Origin: a bacterium
GTDB lineage: Bacteria; Patescibacteriota; Microgenomatia; Levybacterales; UBA12049
Assembly: GCA_021813145.1 (NCBI GenBank)
Contig: JAKALS010000002.1
Coordinates: 101,595 to 147,861 of the forward strand
DNA: 46,267 nt
Direction of reading: 5' to 3'
Each line of letters begins with the position of its first letter. Position 1 is the first letter of the stretch. The notes beneath the pieces are model-generated. The model had not been told where the DNA came from and did no database searches. It saw nothing but the letters and a program-made list of their open reading frames with translations. The translations under genes were made by a program, and so were the position numbers. Below, one piece after another: positions 16,898 to 26,821 of this stretch.

Positions 16898-17968
16898 TTA
16901 TTTTGTTATTTGCCTTGATACATTACAGAGTATTCCGACAGCAGCCAAATCTATAATCAAAGCCGAACCTCCGTAGGATATAAAAGGGAGAGGAATTCCT
17001 GTTAAAGGCAAAAGAGCCGTCTGTGCCGCAAGATTTATTAATATCTGCATCGCCAAAAAAGTTGTTATACCGCCGGCCAAAAGTTTTCCGAAATTATCTT
17101 TGGCGTGCACCGCCACATAAAACCCTCTCCAGATTACTACCATAAAAACAAGTATAACAATTGTGGCGCCGAAAAAACCCGCCTCTTCCGCGATTATCGC
17201 AAAAATGGAATCCGTTGTATTTTCGGGAAGATATGCATACTTTTGTAAAGAGTTTCCAAATCCTACTCCCATAAGCCCACCGGAGCCTAATGCTATCAGT
17301 ATTTGTCTTACATGATATGAGCTTGTGGAAAGAGACTGGTTAGGATTTAGAAAAGTACTTAACCTTGCGGCCCTATAGGGTTCAAGCTTTATAAGAATAA
17401 AACCTATTATTGCAACCGCCGGTGCAAGAAACGCAAAATAGGTTATGTTTGCGCCCGACAGAAAATAAACCGCAAGTGCTTCTGCGAGTATAATTCCCGC
17501 CGTACCCATATCCGGCTCAAGCATTATCAGAAAAAATACAAGACCCAAAAGAAGCAGAAAAGCCAAAAAACGCCCTTTTTCTTTTCTGGAAAACCATGCC
17601 GCAAGATAAATCGCAAGTCCGAGCTTCACAAATTCCGAAGGCTGCAAAAGAACAAAATGAAGATTTATCCACCTTCTTGCTCCAAGAAGGGAAACTCCGA
17701 GACCCGGCGCAAAAACCATCGTAAGTAAAAGTATGCCGATTACCAATATCGGTAAAGCCAGATTGTATAATTTATGGTAATCAAAAAGTGCAAACCCTCC
17801 TAATGCCAAGAAACCGAAAATAATCCAAAATATCTGATCTTTTACATAATGATATTTATCCGCAAAATCCCTAAACGCAACATAAGAAGAAGCATCGTAA
17901 ATCATATAAAGCCCGAACAAAGTCAGCAAAACAACGGACAATAAAAGAAGGAAATCTATTCTCTTCAT
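16898..17968 (-). CDS. ftsW: SEDS protein FtsW
   Basis: GARRW, LQPSEFVK, EPDMGT, QKYAYLPE..TDSIFAIIAEE.G, TGIPLPFISYGGS; between mraY and murG. Confidence 0.96.
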   Translation of the reverse strand: MKRIDFLLLLSVVLLTLFGLYMIYDASSYVAFRDFADKYHYVKDQIFWIIFGFLALGGFALFDYHKLYNLALPILVIGILLLTMVFAPGLGVSLLGARRWINLHFVLLQPSEFVKLGLAIYLAAWFSRKEKGRFLAFLLLLGLVFFLIMLEPDMGTAGIILAEALAVYFLSGANITYFAFLAPAVAIIGFILIKLEPYRAARLSTFLNPNQSLSTSSYHVRQILIALGSGGLMGVGFGNSLQKYAYLPENTTDSIFAIIAEEAGFFGATIVILVFMVVIWRGFYVAVHAKDNFGKLLAGGITTFLAMQILINLAAQTALLPLTGIPLPFISYGGSALIIDLAAVGILCNVSRQITK

Positions 17969-17970
17969 GC

Positions 17971-18981
17971 TTATCTAATAAAAGCGAGATAAAGACCCAG
18001 AATAGCGAAGAAGAATCCTAAGAGCCAGGCCCTCATTACGACCTTTGGCTCATCCCAACCTTTTTTAAGAAAATAAAGATGGAGAGGAGCCACTGGTAAA
18101 AGTTTTCTTTTTAAGAATTTTTTACCCAGTATCTGTACCAGCGAAGAACCTACCTCAAGAACAAAAACACCTCCTATAAATGCTATAGCCAGAGTTCTTC
18201 CTGTCAAAAGACCGATTACCGCCATTGCTGCTCCCAAAGACATGGAGCCCACGTCTCCAAGCCATATCCTTGCTTTATAGATATTAAAATACAAAAAGGA
18301 GGCGACGCTTCCCATCAAAATCGCAATAAATATCCCGAGTCCTCCGCCTACTTCGCTCGACGCAATTGCCAAAAACGCACCAAGACAGATAAGTAAAAGT
18401 CCGGAAGCAAGGCCGTCCAGACCGTCGGCTATATTAAAAGCATTGGCAAAGGACACTATGACAAAAGCCGCAAAAGGTATAAAAAGAAAACCCAGAGGCG
18501 CAAGACCTATCCCTCTTATAAAAACAAAAGAATAGCCAAGCTGTGAATAAAGAACAAAAGCAATTATAAGGGCCAGCGCCCACTGGATAAGAAATTTATA
18601 ACGGAATCTTAACCCGAAAAAAGCAATTTTATTTCCGTTAGAAAGTTTTTTCAGGTCGTCATAAAGACCGAGCAACCCAAAACTTATAAAAGAAAAGAGT
18701 ATTACAAAAAGTTCCCAAATATTTATAGGCACATTAAACATACCGTATCCCCAAAGCGTTAAAGCGGTTACAACCAGAATAATCAAAAGTCCTCCGCCAA
18801 AAGGTGTTCCCGCTTTCCAGGCATTGAACTTATCAAAAAGGGGTGTGGGTTTATTGAAAATATCTACTGTTTTTTGCTCCTGTCTTCTCAATTTAATTTT
18901 GTAGAGGAAATCTATAAAGGGGATTATAAGTATGGAGGTAATAAAGGCCGACAACAAAGCGAAACCCAAAAGCTGTGACAT
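17971..18981 (-). CDS. mraY: Phospho-MurNAc-pentapeptide transferase
   Basis: KAGTPFGGG, GLYDDLKK, NAFNIADGLDGLA, LGDVGS, APLHL, WDEPKVV.R. Confidence 0.96.
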   Translation of the reverse strand: MSQLLGFALLSAFITSILIIPFIDFLYKIKLRRQEQKTVDIFNKPTPLFDKFNAWKAGTPFGGGLLIILVVTALTLWGYGMFNVPINIWELFVILFSFISFGLLGLYDDLKKLSNGNKIAFFGLRFRYKFLIQWALALIIAFVLYSQLGYSFVFIRGIGLAPLGFLFIPFAAFVIVSFANAFNIADGLDGLASGLLLICLGAFLAIASSEVGGGLGIFIAILMGSVASFLYFNIYKARIWLGDVGSMSLGAAMAVIGLLTGRTLAIAFIGGVFVLEVGSSLVQILGKKFLKRKLLPVAPLHLYFLKKGWDEPKVVMRAWLLGFFFAILGLYLAFIR

Positions 18982-18989
18982 ATTGCTAT

Positions 18990-19018
18990 ATTATAATACT
19001 CGTGAAAACTTTCTTCAA
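18990..19018 (-). promoter_or_regulatory. Internal dcw promoter upstream of mraY
   Basis: TTGAAG(19018-19013)-17-TATAAT(18995-18990)-8 nt-ATG. Confidence 0.7.
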
Positions 19019-19036
19019 TCAAAAGAGTATAAATAA

Positions 19037-20806
19037 TTACTTTACGGTAACACTTTTTGCGAGATTACGGGGTTTATCCGGATCGAGTTTTTTGATAATG
19101 GCTATATAATAGGCTAAAAGCTGACTTACAACTACCTGGACTATATATACCCCCTCATTAACATCCTTTACTTCTATAAAATGGTCAAACACCGAAGAAT
19201 TCTTAAAAGAAATACCTATTATTGTTCCCCCTCTTGCTTTTATTTCGGTAGCATTGGAGATTATCGAATTATAGGTTTCATCATTGGGAGCAAAAACTAT
19301 ACAGGGAGTGTCTTTAGATATAAGTGCTATCGGTCCGTGTTTAAGTTCCCCTCCGGCAAGCCCCTCTGTGTGGATATAGCTTACTTCTTTAATCTTTAAT
19401 GCCGCTTCCAATGCTGAAGGATAAGAAAGCCCTCTTCCAATTATAAATACGTGCTCTTTTTTTGATATGAGACTTGCCAATTGTTTAATTTTTCCCGTTG
19501 TTTTTTTATCATTTAAGATTCTCTCCGTCTCTTTCGCCGTTTCTATCAGGATTTCTTTTCCTCTCTTTCCTTTTCCTATAAGGGAATAGGAAAGAAGAAT
19601 CAAAACCGAAAGTTTAGCCGTATATGCTTTTGTCGAAGCAACCGCTTTTTCCGGCCCTGCTCCGAGTAAAAATTTATAATCGGAAAGTCTGTATATCGTG
19701 GAACCCAAAACATTTGTTACGGCTGCAATTTTACTTCCTTTTTCCTTTGCCCTGTCGAGAGACTCTATTACGTCTACCGTCTCTCCGGACTGGGAAAGAG
19801 CGATAATAAGACTTTTTTTATTGAGAAAATCTTCGAGATAGTTGAATTCGGAGGCAAAAACCGTATTGATATGCTTTTTGGAAATCCGGGAAAAAAGATA
19901 AACACCCGAAAGACATGCATGATAAGCTGTTCCTGCACCTATTAAAAATATTCCCTTTGCCTCTTTTATGACTTTTGACAGCCTGCCTATCTGTGTTGAA
20001 TAATTTTTGGCAAGATTGAGTATAACTTTCGGCTGCTCATAAATTTCCTTTAGCATAAAATGTTTGTACTTTCCGGCAGAAGACTTTTCGGGATCAAAAT
20101 CTATTTTTTCTATTTTGGGTTTTAATTGTCTCCCTTTTGGAAGAGAAAATATTCTGACATTTTTTCCGAGAATTGCCATTTGATTATCATTTAGAAAAAT
20201 CACTTTTTTCGTATGAGGCAGAATTGCCGATAAATCGGAGGCCAAAAAAAATTCTTCCTTTCCGACACCTGCTATAAGAGGCGATCCGTTTTTACACGCA
20301 ATTATTTCCGAGGAAGGAGCATAAGACACAACTATTGCGTTAAATCCCTTCAGCAGATTAAATACATCTCTTACAGACGATGCAAATCCTTCTTTTCTTA
20401 AATATTCCTCTATTAAATGAGGCACGACTTCGGTGTCGGTATCCGAAGTAAATTTATGACCCTTTTTAAGAAGGTCTTTTTTTAAACTCTCGTAATTTTC
20501 TATTATCCCGTTATGTACAACTGCGATTTTTTTTGTGCAATCCAGATGAGGATGAGCATTTTCTACCGTTACTCCTCCGTGAGTGGCCCATCTTGTATGT
20601 CCTATCGCAAAATCACTTTTTTTTGCAAATGAATTTTTTAACGGGAGCTTTCCCGTGTTTCTTTCCACTTCAAAGCCCTTTTTTTCTTTGATTCTTGCCG
20701 CTATCCCCCACGAATCGTATCCCCTGTATTCGAGACTTTTTAATCCTTCAAAAATTAACTCAGGGGCATTATTCTTTTCTCCGGTGTAAGCAAAGATCCC
20801 GCACAT
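19037..20806 (-). CDS. glmS: Glutamine--fructose-6-phosphate transaminase (isomerising)
   Basis: N-terminal MCGI, LEYRGYDS.G, GHTRWATHG, HNGIIEN, SQSGET, VASTKAYT, ELKHGP, DPDKPRNLAKSVTV. Confidence 0.98.
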   Translation of the reverse strand: MCGIFAYTGEKNNAPELIFEGLKSLEYRGYDSWGIAARIKEKKGFEVERNTGKLPLKNSFAKKSDFAIGHTRWATHGGVTVENAHPHLDCTKKIAVVHNGIIENYESLKKDLLKKGHKFTSDTDTEVVPHLIEEYLRKEGFASSVRDVFNLLKGFNAIVVSYAPSSEIIACKNGSPLIAGVGKEEFFLASDLSAILPHTKKVIFLNDNQMAILGKNVRIFSLPKGRQLKPKIEKIDFDPEKSSAGKYKHFMLKEIYEQPKVILNLAKNYSTQIGRLSKVIKEAKGIFLIGAGTAYHACLSGVYLFSRISKKHINTVFASEFNYLEDFLNKKSLIIALSQSGETVDVIESLDRAKEKGSKIAAVTNVLGSTIYRLSDYKFLLGAGPEKAVASTKAYTAKLSVLILLSYSLIGKGKRGKEILIETAKETERILNDKKTTGKIKQLASLISKKEHVFIIGRGLSYPSALEAALKIKEVSYIHTEGLAGGELKHGPIALISKDTPCIVFAPNDETYNSIISNATEIKARGGTIIGISFKNSSVFDHFIEVKDVNEGVYIVQVVVSQLLAYYIAIIKKLDPDKPRNLAKSVTVK

Positions 20807-22071
20807 TATCTTATCCTCTCATTCTTTCTTATTACTATTTCGCTGAATTTCGTGTAATATTTCGTACTATCCCCGACGTTATTCATTATATTTGTAGAAG
20901 GGCCTACGATAACTTCTTTTCCTATTATTGTCCCAGGCATAGAAGAAGATTTAATTCCTATTTTTGTTCCGTCACCCACCATAATGCCCAAACTTTTGAA
21001 GCCGGTGTCCAGTTTTTTTCCGTCAACAACTGTTTTAACCGTACTCCTGTCAATTCTTACATTTGCGCTCACAAAGCCTGCGCCTATCCTGCAATTTTTC
21101 CCTATAACCGAATCTCCTAAGAAACCGGAATGAGTTTTGGAATTTTCCATTATAAGTGTATTTTTAACTTCCATGTTTGCTCCTACAACACAATTCTCTT
21201 CTATATCACAACCGTTTCTTAAAACTGCATTATTTCCTATATAAGAATTTTTCCCTATAAAGCATGGTCCTTTAATAACGGCATTTTCGAGAATCTGAAC
21301 ACCGTCTTCTATATGTACCTGTCCTTTTATAATAGCCGAAGAAGATACTTTTGCTTTTTTAGAAATGTAAAAGTTAAGATTTGAAAGAAGATAATTTTTT
21401 AGAAGAAGAATATCCCAGGGATATTTAAAGGAAATATTGTCTTCCTTGGAAAGTACAAATTTTACACCATGTTTTTTTGCATATAAAGAGACCGCTTCCT
21501 CAAAATTATAATGACCTTTAGGAGTATTGCTTAAAACTGTCAAAAAATTTCTGTTCAAAAAATAAACTCCGACAACACCCAAGTCCGAAGGTATATTTTT
21601 TTGCGGTTTTTCAACTATTTCCAAGACCTTATCCCCTTTTACCGAAAGAACTCCGATCTTTTTAAGAGTTTCCCGGTCCTGTATTTTTTTTGCGATAAGC
21701 ACAATTTCATCCGCGCGTATTTTTTTCTTTTCTATTTCTTTTTTTAGTATTTCAAAATCCAGCCTGTGCCCGTGTAAAAGAAAAAAGTCTTCCTTTATAT
21801 ATTTTTCCGCTAAAAGAAGCGCTTCGCCCATGCCAGTAGCTTCTTTTTGAATAACAAACTTAAGCTTGAGGGAGGGATTTATGTTTTCTATAAATTTCCT
21901 GGCGCTGTCGTCTTTTACCACGACTATTGCCTCTTTTAGGCCGGATTTCTTGACCGAATTTAATGTATGCTCTATTAACGGCTTGCCTGCAATTTTTACA
22001 AAAGATTTGTGGGCGCTGTTAAAAGGATAAAATCTTGAGGAAACTCCTGCCAAAAGAATTACTGCCTGCAT
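20806..22071 (-). CDS. Sugar-1-phosphate nucleotidyltransferase-like domain plus left-handed beta-helix acetyltransferase (archaeal-type GlmU-like)
   Basis: N-terminal VILLAGVSSRFYP...K, IVEKP, YPWDIL; hexapeptide repeats with EVKNT, HSGFLGDSVIG, IGAG...AN.R.D. Confidence 0.85.
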   Translation of the reverse strand: MQAVILLAGVSSRFYPFNSAHKSFVKIAGKPLIEHTLNSVKKSGLKEAIVVVKDDSARKFIENINPSLKLKFVIQKEATGMGEALLLAEKYIKEDFFLLHGHRLDFEILKKEIEKKKIRADEIVLIAKKIQDRETLKKIGVLSVKGDKVLEIVEKPQKNIPSDLGVVGVYFLNRNFLTVLSNTPKGHYNFEEAVSLYAKKHGVKFVLSKEDNISFKYPWDILLLKNYLLSNLNFYISKKAKVSSSAIIKGQVHIEDGVQILENAVIKGPCFIGKNSYIGNNAVLRNGCDIEENCVVGANMEVKNTLIMENSKTHSGFLGDSVIGKNCRIGAGFVSANVRIDRSTVKTVVDGKKLDTGFKSLGIMVGDGTKIGIKSSSMPGTIIGKEVIVGPSTNIMNNVGDSTKYYTKFSEIVIRKNERIR

Positions 22072-22072
22072 A

Positions 22073-22813
22073 TTATTTTATCGAGTAAAGACGCTCTGCT
22101 TCCAAAAGCTCTTCTGCCGTATTAACCCCTCTCCATGTCAGAGTCCCTCCATTTAAGGTTTCAATCTTTTCTTTATTTTTTATCCCCATATCAATAAGAC
22201 TCGTAAGATAATATTCTCCGGTAAAAGGACTTTTTTGGACTTTTTTAATGTATTTTTTTACAAATGAAGTTTTAAAAATGTAACAGGCGGGGTTTACTTC
22301 CGTAACCCTTTTTTGCTTGTCTGTTGCATCCTTTTCTTCGACTATCGCTTTTACCGCTCCGTTGTCGTCTCTTATTACCCTGCCAAGTCCGTAGGGATTA
22401 TCTTTTTCTATAGTCAAGAATGTCATCGAGGCGTTGGTGAGAAAATGTTTCTCCGCCAATTTCCTTATCACATCTTCGGTATAAAAAGCGGAGTCGTCGC
22501 CGTTTATTACCAGTATATTTTCCACCCCCAAAGGCATCTTTCCCAGCCCGCAGGATACGGCATGAGCAGTACCGAGCCTTTTGTGTTGTTCTGCAAAAAT
22601 TACTTTTGTTCCCAAAACTTCCATTACGGATTGCTTGGCAAATCCCACAACTACGACTATATTTTTTATCCCCACATTTTCCAGAAGGCCTATCGAATGG
22701 ACTATCATCGGTTTGTTGGCAAGAGGAAGAACGACTTTATTTATATCTCTCGAATTCATTCTTTTTCCCTTACCCGCCGCAAGAACTATCGCCCCCAACT
22801 TATTTTTGTCCAT
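22073..22813 (-). CDS. Stand-alone GlcNAc-1-phosphate uridyltransferase domain (N-terminal half of bacterial GlmU)
   Basis: LAAGKGKRM.S...K, EQ..RLGTAHAV, NGD, P.G.GRVIR, IVEEKDAT, EVN, GEYYLT, GVNT..EL..AE; no beta-helix domain. Confidence 0.88.
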   Translation of the reverse strand: MDKNKLGAIVLAAGKGKRMNSRDINKVVLPLANKPMIVHSIGLLENVGIKNIVVVVGFAKQSVMEVLGTKVIFAEQHKRLGTAHAVSCGLGKMPLGVENILVINGDDSAFYTEDVIRKLAEKHFLTNASMTFLTIEKDNPYGLGRVIRDDNGAVKAIVEEKDATDKQKRVTEVNPACYIFKTSFVKKYIKKVQKSPFTGEYYLTSLIDMGIKNKEKIETLNGGTLTWRGVNTAEELLEAERLYSIK

Positions 22814-24148
22814 TCAATTATCCTCCTTCACTCTTTTTATGTCCGCTCCCAAGCTTTTAAGCCTTGTGTCGAATTGCTCGTACCCTCTATCCAAATGTTC
22901 TAAGCCAAAAATTACACTTTCTCCCCTGGCGGCTAAAGCAGCGATAACTAAAGTTGCTCCAGCTCTAAGGTCTGAAACGTTAACGATGCCATTGTGAAGT
23001 TCTACCGGTCCGATAATCTTTTCTGCATGAAAATAATTATTGTCATCGTTAATATTGAAGTTATAAAATTCTTCGGGATTTTCTACTTTAGGATTGAAAA
23101 GCTCAATGTGGGCTCCCATTTTTTTGAGTTCTTCGACATAGCTGAATCTGTTTTCGTAAATTGTCTCGTGTATTACAGATGTGCCTTTTGCAGAAGTCAT
23201 CAAAACCGCCCAAGGACCCTGCCAGTCAGTCATAAAACCAGGATAGAAATAGGTAGCGATATCTGTAGGATAAAGCTCTTCTTTATGAAAAAATCTTATC
23301 CCATCTTTTTTTATCTCAAATCCTGCCCCGACAACGCTAAGCTCGTCCAGGAATTCATCAAGTCCTTTTGTAGAAACCTCTTTTATAAAGATATCGCCTT
23401 TTGTGATTATAGCGGCAACAGCAAAAGTGACTACTTCGTTTCTGTCAGGTGAAATTCTAAAAGTTGTTCCGTGAAGCTTTTCTACTCCTTCGATTTCTAT
23501 GGTCCTTGGCTCTGTTCTTTTTACCTTAGCTCCCATTTTACTCAGAAAATCTATTAACTCATCAACTTCCGGTTCCCTGGCTGCGTTTGTCAAAACAGTT
23601 TTTCCTTTTGCCATTACCGCTGCAAGTATCATTGTCTCGGTTCCGGTATGAGTGTTTTTCACAAAATGGTAGTTTGTTCCTTTTAAGCCCCCTTCAGGTG
23701 CTTTTGCATGGAAATATCCGTCTTCGCTCTCATAGTCAATCTCGGCTCCCATACTTTCTAAGCCGTCTACTATTCTGTCTATTGGCCTTGCGCCTATCCT
23801 GCATCCTCCTGGATTTGGAATTACGGCTTTTCCCATCCTTGCCAAAAGGGGAGCCAAAAACATAAAAGAAGTTCTTATTTCTGCTGCTTTATCAAGATCA
23901 ATCTTTTCTTTTAAAATTTTCTCCATTCGTATGGAAACATTATGGTCTTTTATTTCGACTTCTCCGCCCAATTCTCTTATAATTTCAGCCATTGTCAAAA
24001 AGTCGGAGATAAGGGGGACATTTTGAATAACAACCTCTTCGTTTGTGAGACATGCGGCAACAAGAACCTTAAGGGCGACATTTTTGGAGCCGAAAATACT
24101 TACCTCTCCGATAAGCCTGTTTCCTCCGTTTATTATAAGTTTTTCCAT
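22814..24148 (-). CDS. murA: UDP-GlcNAc 1-carboxyvinyltransferase
   Basis: GSKN, IRTS, PGGCRIGARP (catalytic Cys), NAAREPEV, PGFMTD.Q, ETIYENRF, DLRAGA, HLDRGYE. Confidence 0.98.
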   Translation of the reverse strand: MEKLIINGGNRLIGEVSIFGSKNVALKVLVAACLTNEEVVIQNVPLISDFLTMAEIIRELGGEVEIKDHNVSIRMEKILKEKIDLDKAAEIRTSFMFLAPLLARMGKAVIPNPGGCRIGARPIDRIVDGLESMGAEIDYESEDGYFHAKAPEGGLKGTNYHFVKNTHTGTETMILAAVMAKGKTVLTNAAREPEVDELIDFLSKMGAKVKRTEPRTIEIEGVEKLHGTTFRISPDRNEVVTFAVAAIITKGDIFIKEVSTKGLDEFLDELSVVGAGFEIKKDGIRFFHKEELYPTDIATYFYPGFMTDWQGPWAVLMTSAKGTSVIHETIYENRFSYVEELKKMGAHIELFNPKVENPEEFYNFNINDDNNYFHAEKIIGPVELHNGIVNVSDLRAGATLVIAALAARGESVIFGLEHLDRGYEQFDTRLKSLGADIKRVKEDN

Positions 24149-24149
24149 A

Positions 24150-25571
24150 TTATTTCTTAAGGTCCAGTTTTTCTCCTATCTTATAAACATCACCCGCACC
24201 CATGGAAACGATAACCGTATCCTTTCCAAAGGAATTTGCATCGATATATTCTACCACATCGGAAAGCTGGGGCAAATAAAGCACATTTTTATGAAATTTA
24301 GCCACATTTAAAGAAAGCATTTCCGAAGACACGGTATCATCTTTTTTCTCCCGCAAAGAAGGATAGATATTTGTTATAACGGCAGTATCGCAATCACTAA
24401 ATGAAGTACTAAATTGTTCGAACAAGCTTTTTGTTCTGGAATAAGTATGCGGCTGAAAAACGCAAACAATTTTATGTTTTGGAAATGCCTTACGGAAAGC
24501 CGAAAGAGTTTTCTTTATTTCGGTAGGATGGTGAGCATAGTCATCGTATAAAAGAGCTCCGGAAGCCAGAGTCCCCACATATTCGAACCTCCTTTTCGAA
24601 CCTGAATATAAAGAAAGACCTTTCTTTATAGCTTCCACGGTTAAACCGGCCTCCTGAGAGGCTACAATGGCCCCCAGGGCATTTACCGCATTGTGCTCGC
24701 CCACTACGCATACGGAAAACTCTCCTATCAATGTATCACCGTTTTTTACCCATAAAAACATACGGTCACCCGAAATTGAATACCTTTGAATATAATAATC
24801 GTTTGCCGGGGACATACCGTACGTGATCCTCCTTCCCCCGTATTCTTTTAAGAGATCTCTTACTCTCTGCTCGTCTGCGCATGCTATAACAACTCCATCC
24901 GGCGGCAATTTATTACAAAAGGAAAGGAATGCCCTTTCTATTTCCATTTCGGAAGAATAAAGGTCGGGGTGGTCGAATTCTATATTGGTAATTACCGCAA
25001 TCTTCGGTCTTTGCCATAATAACTTTGGGGTTTTATCATATTTCGGTTCGGTAGCGTATTCATCGGCTTCGGCAATAAAATATTTCCCCTTTCCGTAATG
25101 GCCGGGAGCACCAAGCGAGGAAATGCTTCCCGTACCGATAACATAAGACGGGTCCATTTTTGCTTCTTTAAAAATTGTTGCTATCATTGCGGCGGTTGTT
25201 GTTTTTCCGTGCGAGCCCGCCACCGAAATCCCTTCGTATTTTCTAGGGAGTATGTCTCCCGACATAAATCTACCTACTGCCTCTCCCTGGGTCAAAACAG
25301 GAATATTTTTATCTTTTGCCTCCAAAACCTCCGGATTATCAAATCCTCCGTGCGCTCCTGTGGTTATCAAAAGATCGACTCCGGCAACATTCTCTCTGGA
25401 AAATCCCTCGAAGACTATTATTCCGGCCTTTCTTAACTCACCGTCCGTAATAAACTCATCCGCTAAATCGCTTCCCGTAACCTCAAAGCCAGCTTCTTTT
25501 GCGATTACCGCAAGAGGAGTCATCCCGACCCCTTTAACTCCCGTAAAATGGATTTTCTTTATCTTTTTCAT
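24150..25571 (-). CDS. murC: UDP-MurNAc--L-alanine ligase
   Basis: HFTGVKGVGM, GSHGKTTT, AEADE, NIEFDHPD, RRFE, DDYAHHPTEI, FQPHTYSRT, MGAGD. Confidence 0.97.
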   Translation of the reverse strand: MKKIKKIHFTGVKGVGMTPLAVIAKEAGFEVTGSDLADEFITDGELRKAGIIVFEGFSRENVAGVDLLITTGAHGGFDNPEVLEAKDKNIPVLTQGEAVGRFMSGDILPRKYEGISVAGSHGKTTTAAMIATIFKEAKMDPSYVIGTGSISSLGAPGHYGKGKYFIAEADEYATEPKYDKTPKLLWQRPKIAVITNIEFDHPDLYSSEMEIERAFLSFCNKLPPDGVVIACADEQRVRDLLKEYGGRRITYGMSPANDYYIQRYSISGDRMFLWVKNGDTLIGEFSVCVVGEHNAVNALGAIVASQEAGLTVEAIKKGLSLYSGSKRRFEYVGTLASGALLYDDYAHHPTEIKKTLSAFRKAFPKHKIVCVFQPHTYSRTKSLFEQFSTSFSDCDTAVITNIYPSLREKKDDTVSSEMLSLNVAKFHKNVLYLPQLSDVVEYIDANSFGKDTVIVSMGAGDVYKIGEKLDLKK

Positions 25572-26755
25572 GATCCAATCCCCGCATCCCCGAGCACCTT
25601 TTCGACTGCTTCATATTCGCTCCAGGGTTCTTCTCCGTTACCCATATTCATAGACTTTTCGTGGCCTTTGCCCGTAAGCAATACGAAGTCTCCGTTTTTT
25701 GCTTCGGAAACCGCCGTTTCGATTGCTTTTAATCTGTCTTTAATTCTTATGACTTTCTTATTTTTATTTATTCCTTCTCCTATCTGATCCATAATTTTCT
25801 CCGGATTTTCCGAACGCGGATCCTCCGAGGTAAGTATTATTAAGTCGCTGTATTTTGACGAAATATTTCCCATCTGCGCTCTTTTAAAGGCATCCCTTTC
25901 GCCCGCGCTTCCAAAAACATGTATCAGCCTTCCCTTCACGCCCGGCCTTACAGAACTTAAAATCTGCTCCAATGCGTTCGGTGTATGTGCGAAATCTATC
26001 ATTATCTTAAAATCTCCGTTATAAACGGTATCCATTCTTGCGACCGGTAGCGAGAGATGCCCTATTGCTTCTTTTATCCTTGAATCTTCTACTCCCAACT
26101 TTTTACATACTGTTATCGCCGCAAGAATATTATATTTATTAAACTCTCCGTCTATTACACTTTTAAAATTAAAATTATAAGGATTAACATCCGATTCTCT
26201 GGAAAAACCGTAAGTAATTAAATTTTCCCTTTTTTCTTTGATATTTTTCAGATGCTCATAAGACTGGTCATCCCTGTTTATCACCGCAATTTTCGCCCTT
26301 TTTAAAAGTTTTGCTTTGGTTTTTAGATAATTTTCGTAAGTCTTATGATAATCCAGGTGTTCATTGGTAATGTTGGTAAGTACTCCTATTTCAAAAGGAA
26401 TACCCCAAATTCTGTGCTGGTCTATGGAATGGGATGTGACTTCCAAAACGAGGTATTTTGGATTTCCGCTTATTGCTGCATTTTTAATGAATCTCTGAAG
26501 CTTAAAAGGAGAAGGTGTGGTTACATGAAATCCGAGTGGATATTCGTTGTTATTAATGATCGCGCCAACGCTCGTAATCATAGAAACATCATGTCCTGTA
26601 TATTTTAAAATCTGATAGATAAGGCTCGAAGTAGTTGTTTTACCGTCCGTTCCGGTAACACCTATTATTTTAAGATTTCTCGAAGGAAATCTGTAAAGCA
26701 GATTTGCCAGTATGGCCATGGACAAATGATAAACATTTTTAGTGTCTTGCCACAT
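25568..26755 (-). CDS. murE: MurE-family ligase lacking the N-terminal domain; EDPR specificity motif
   Basis: GVTGTDGKTTT, HVTTP, LEVTSH, TNIT.EHLDYH, DFAHTPNAL, GERD..KR..MG, EDPRSE, GKGHE. Confidence 0.9.
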   Translation of the reverse strand: MWQDTKNVYHLSMAILANLLYRFPSRNLKIIGVTGTDGKTTTSSLIYQILKYTGHDVSMITSVGAIINNNEYPLGFHVTTPSPFKLQRFIKNAAISGNPKYLVLEVTSHSIDQHRIWGIPFEIGVLTNITNEHLDYHKTYENYLKTKAKLLKRAKIAVINRDDQSYEHLKNIKEKRENLITYGFSRESDVNPYNFNFKSVIDGEFNKYNILAAITVCKKLGVEDSRIKEAIGHLSLPVARMDTVYNGDFKIMIDFAHTPNALEQILSSVRPGVKGRLIHVFGSAGERDAFKRAQMGNISSKYSDLIILTSEDPRSENPEKIMDQIGEGINKNKKVIRIKDRLKAIETAVSEAKNGDFVLLTGKGHEKSMNMGNGEEPWSEYEAVEKVLGDAGIGS

Positions 26756-26762
26756 GCTTTAT

Positions 26763-26815
26763 ATTATACCCCTTACCGGATATTTTTCTCTAGTTTTTAT
26801 AAGAGGATGTATAAT
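26763..26815. promoter_or_regulatory. Divergent -10 boxes for murE and the DUF192 gene, both leaderless
   Basis: Minus TATAAT(26768-26763)-7 nt-ATG 26755; plus TATAAT(26810-26815)-6 nt-ATG 26822. Confidence 0.65.
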
Positions 26816-26821
26816 CGGATT

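Noticed and set aside
20806-22813. Single glmU broken by a frameshift or stop
   Set aside because: The downstream gene has its own nucleotidyltransferase-like N-terminal domain, so these are two separate genes.
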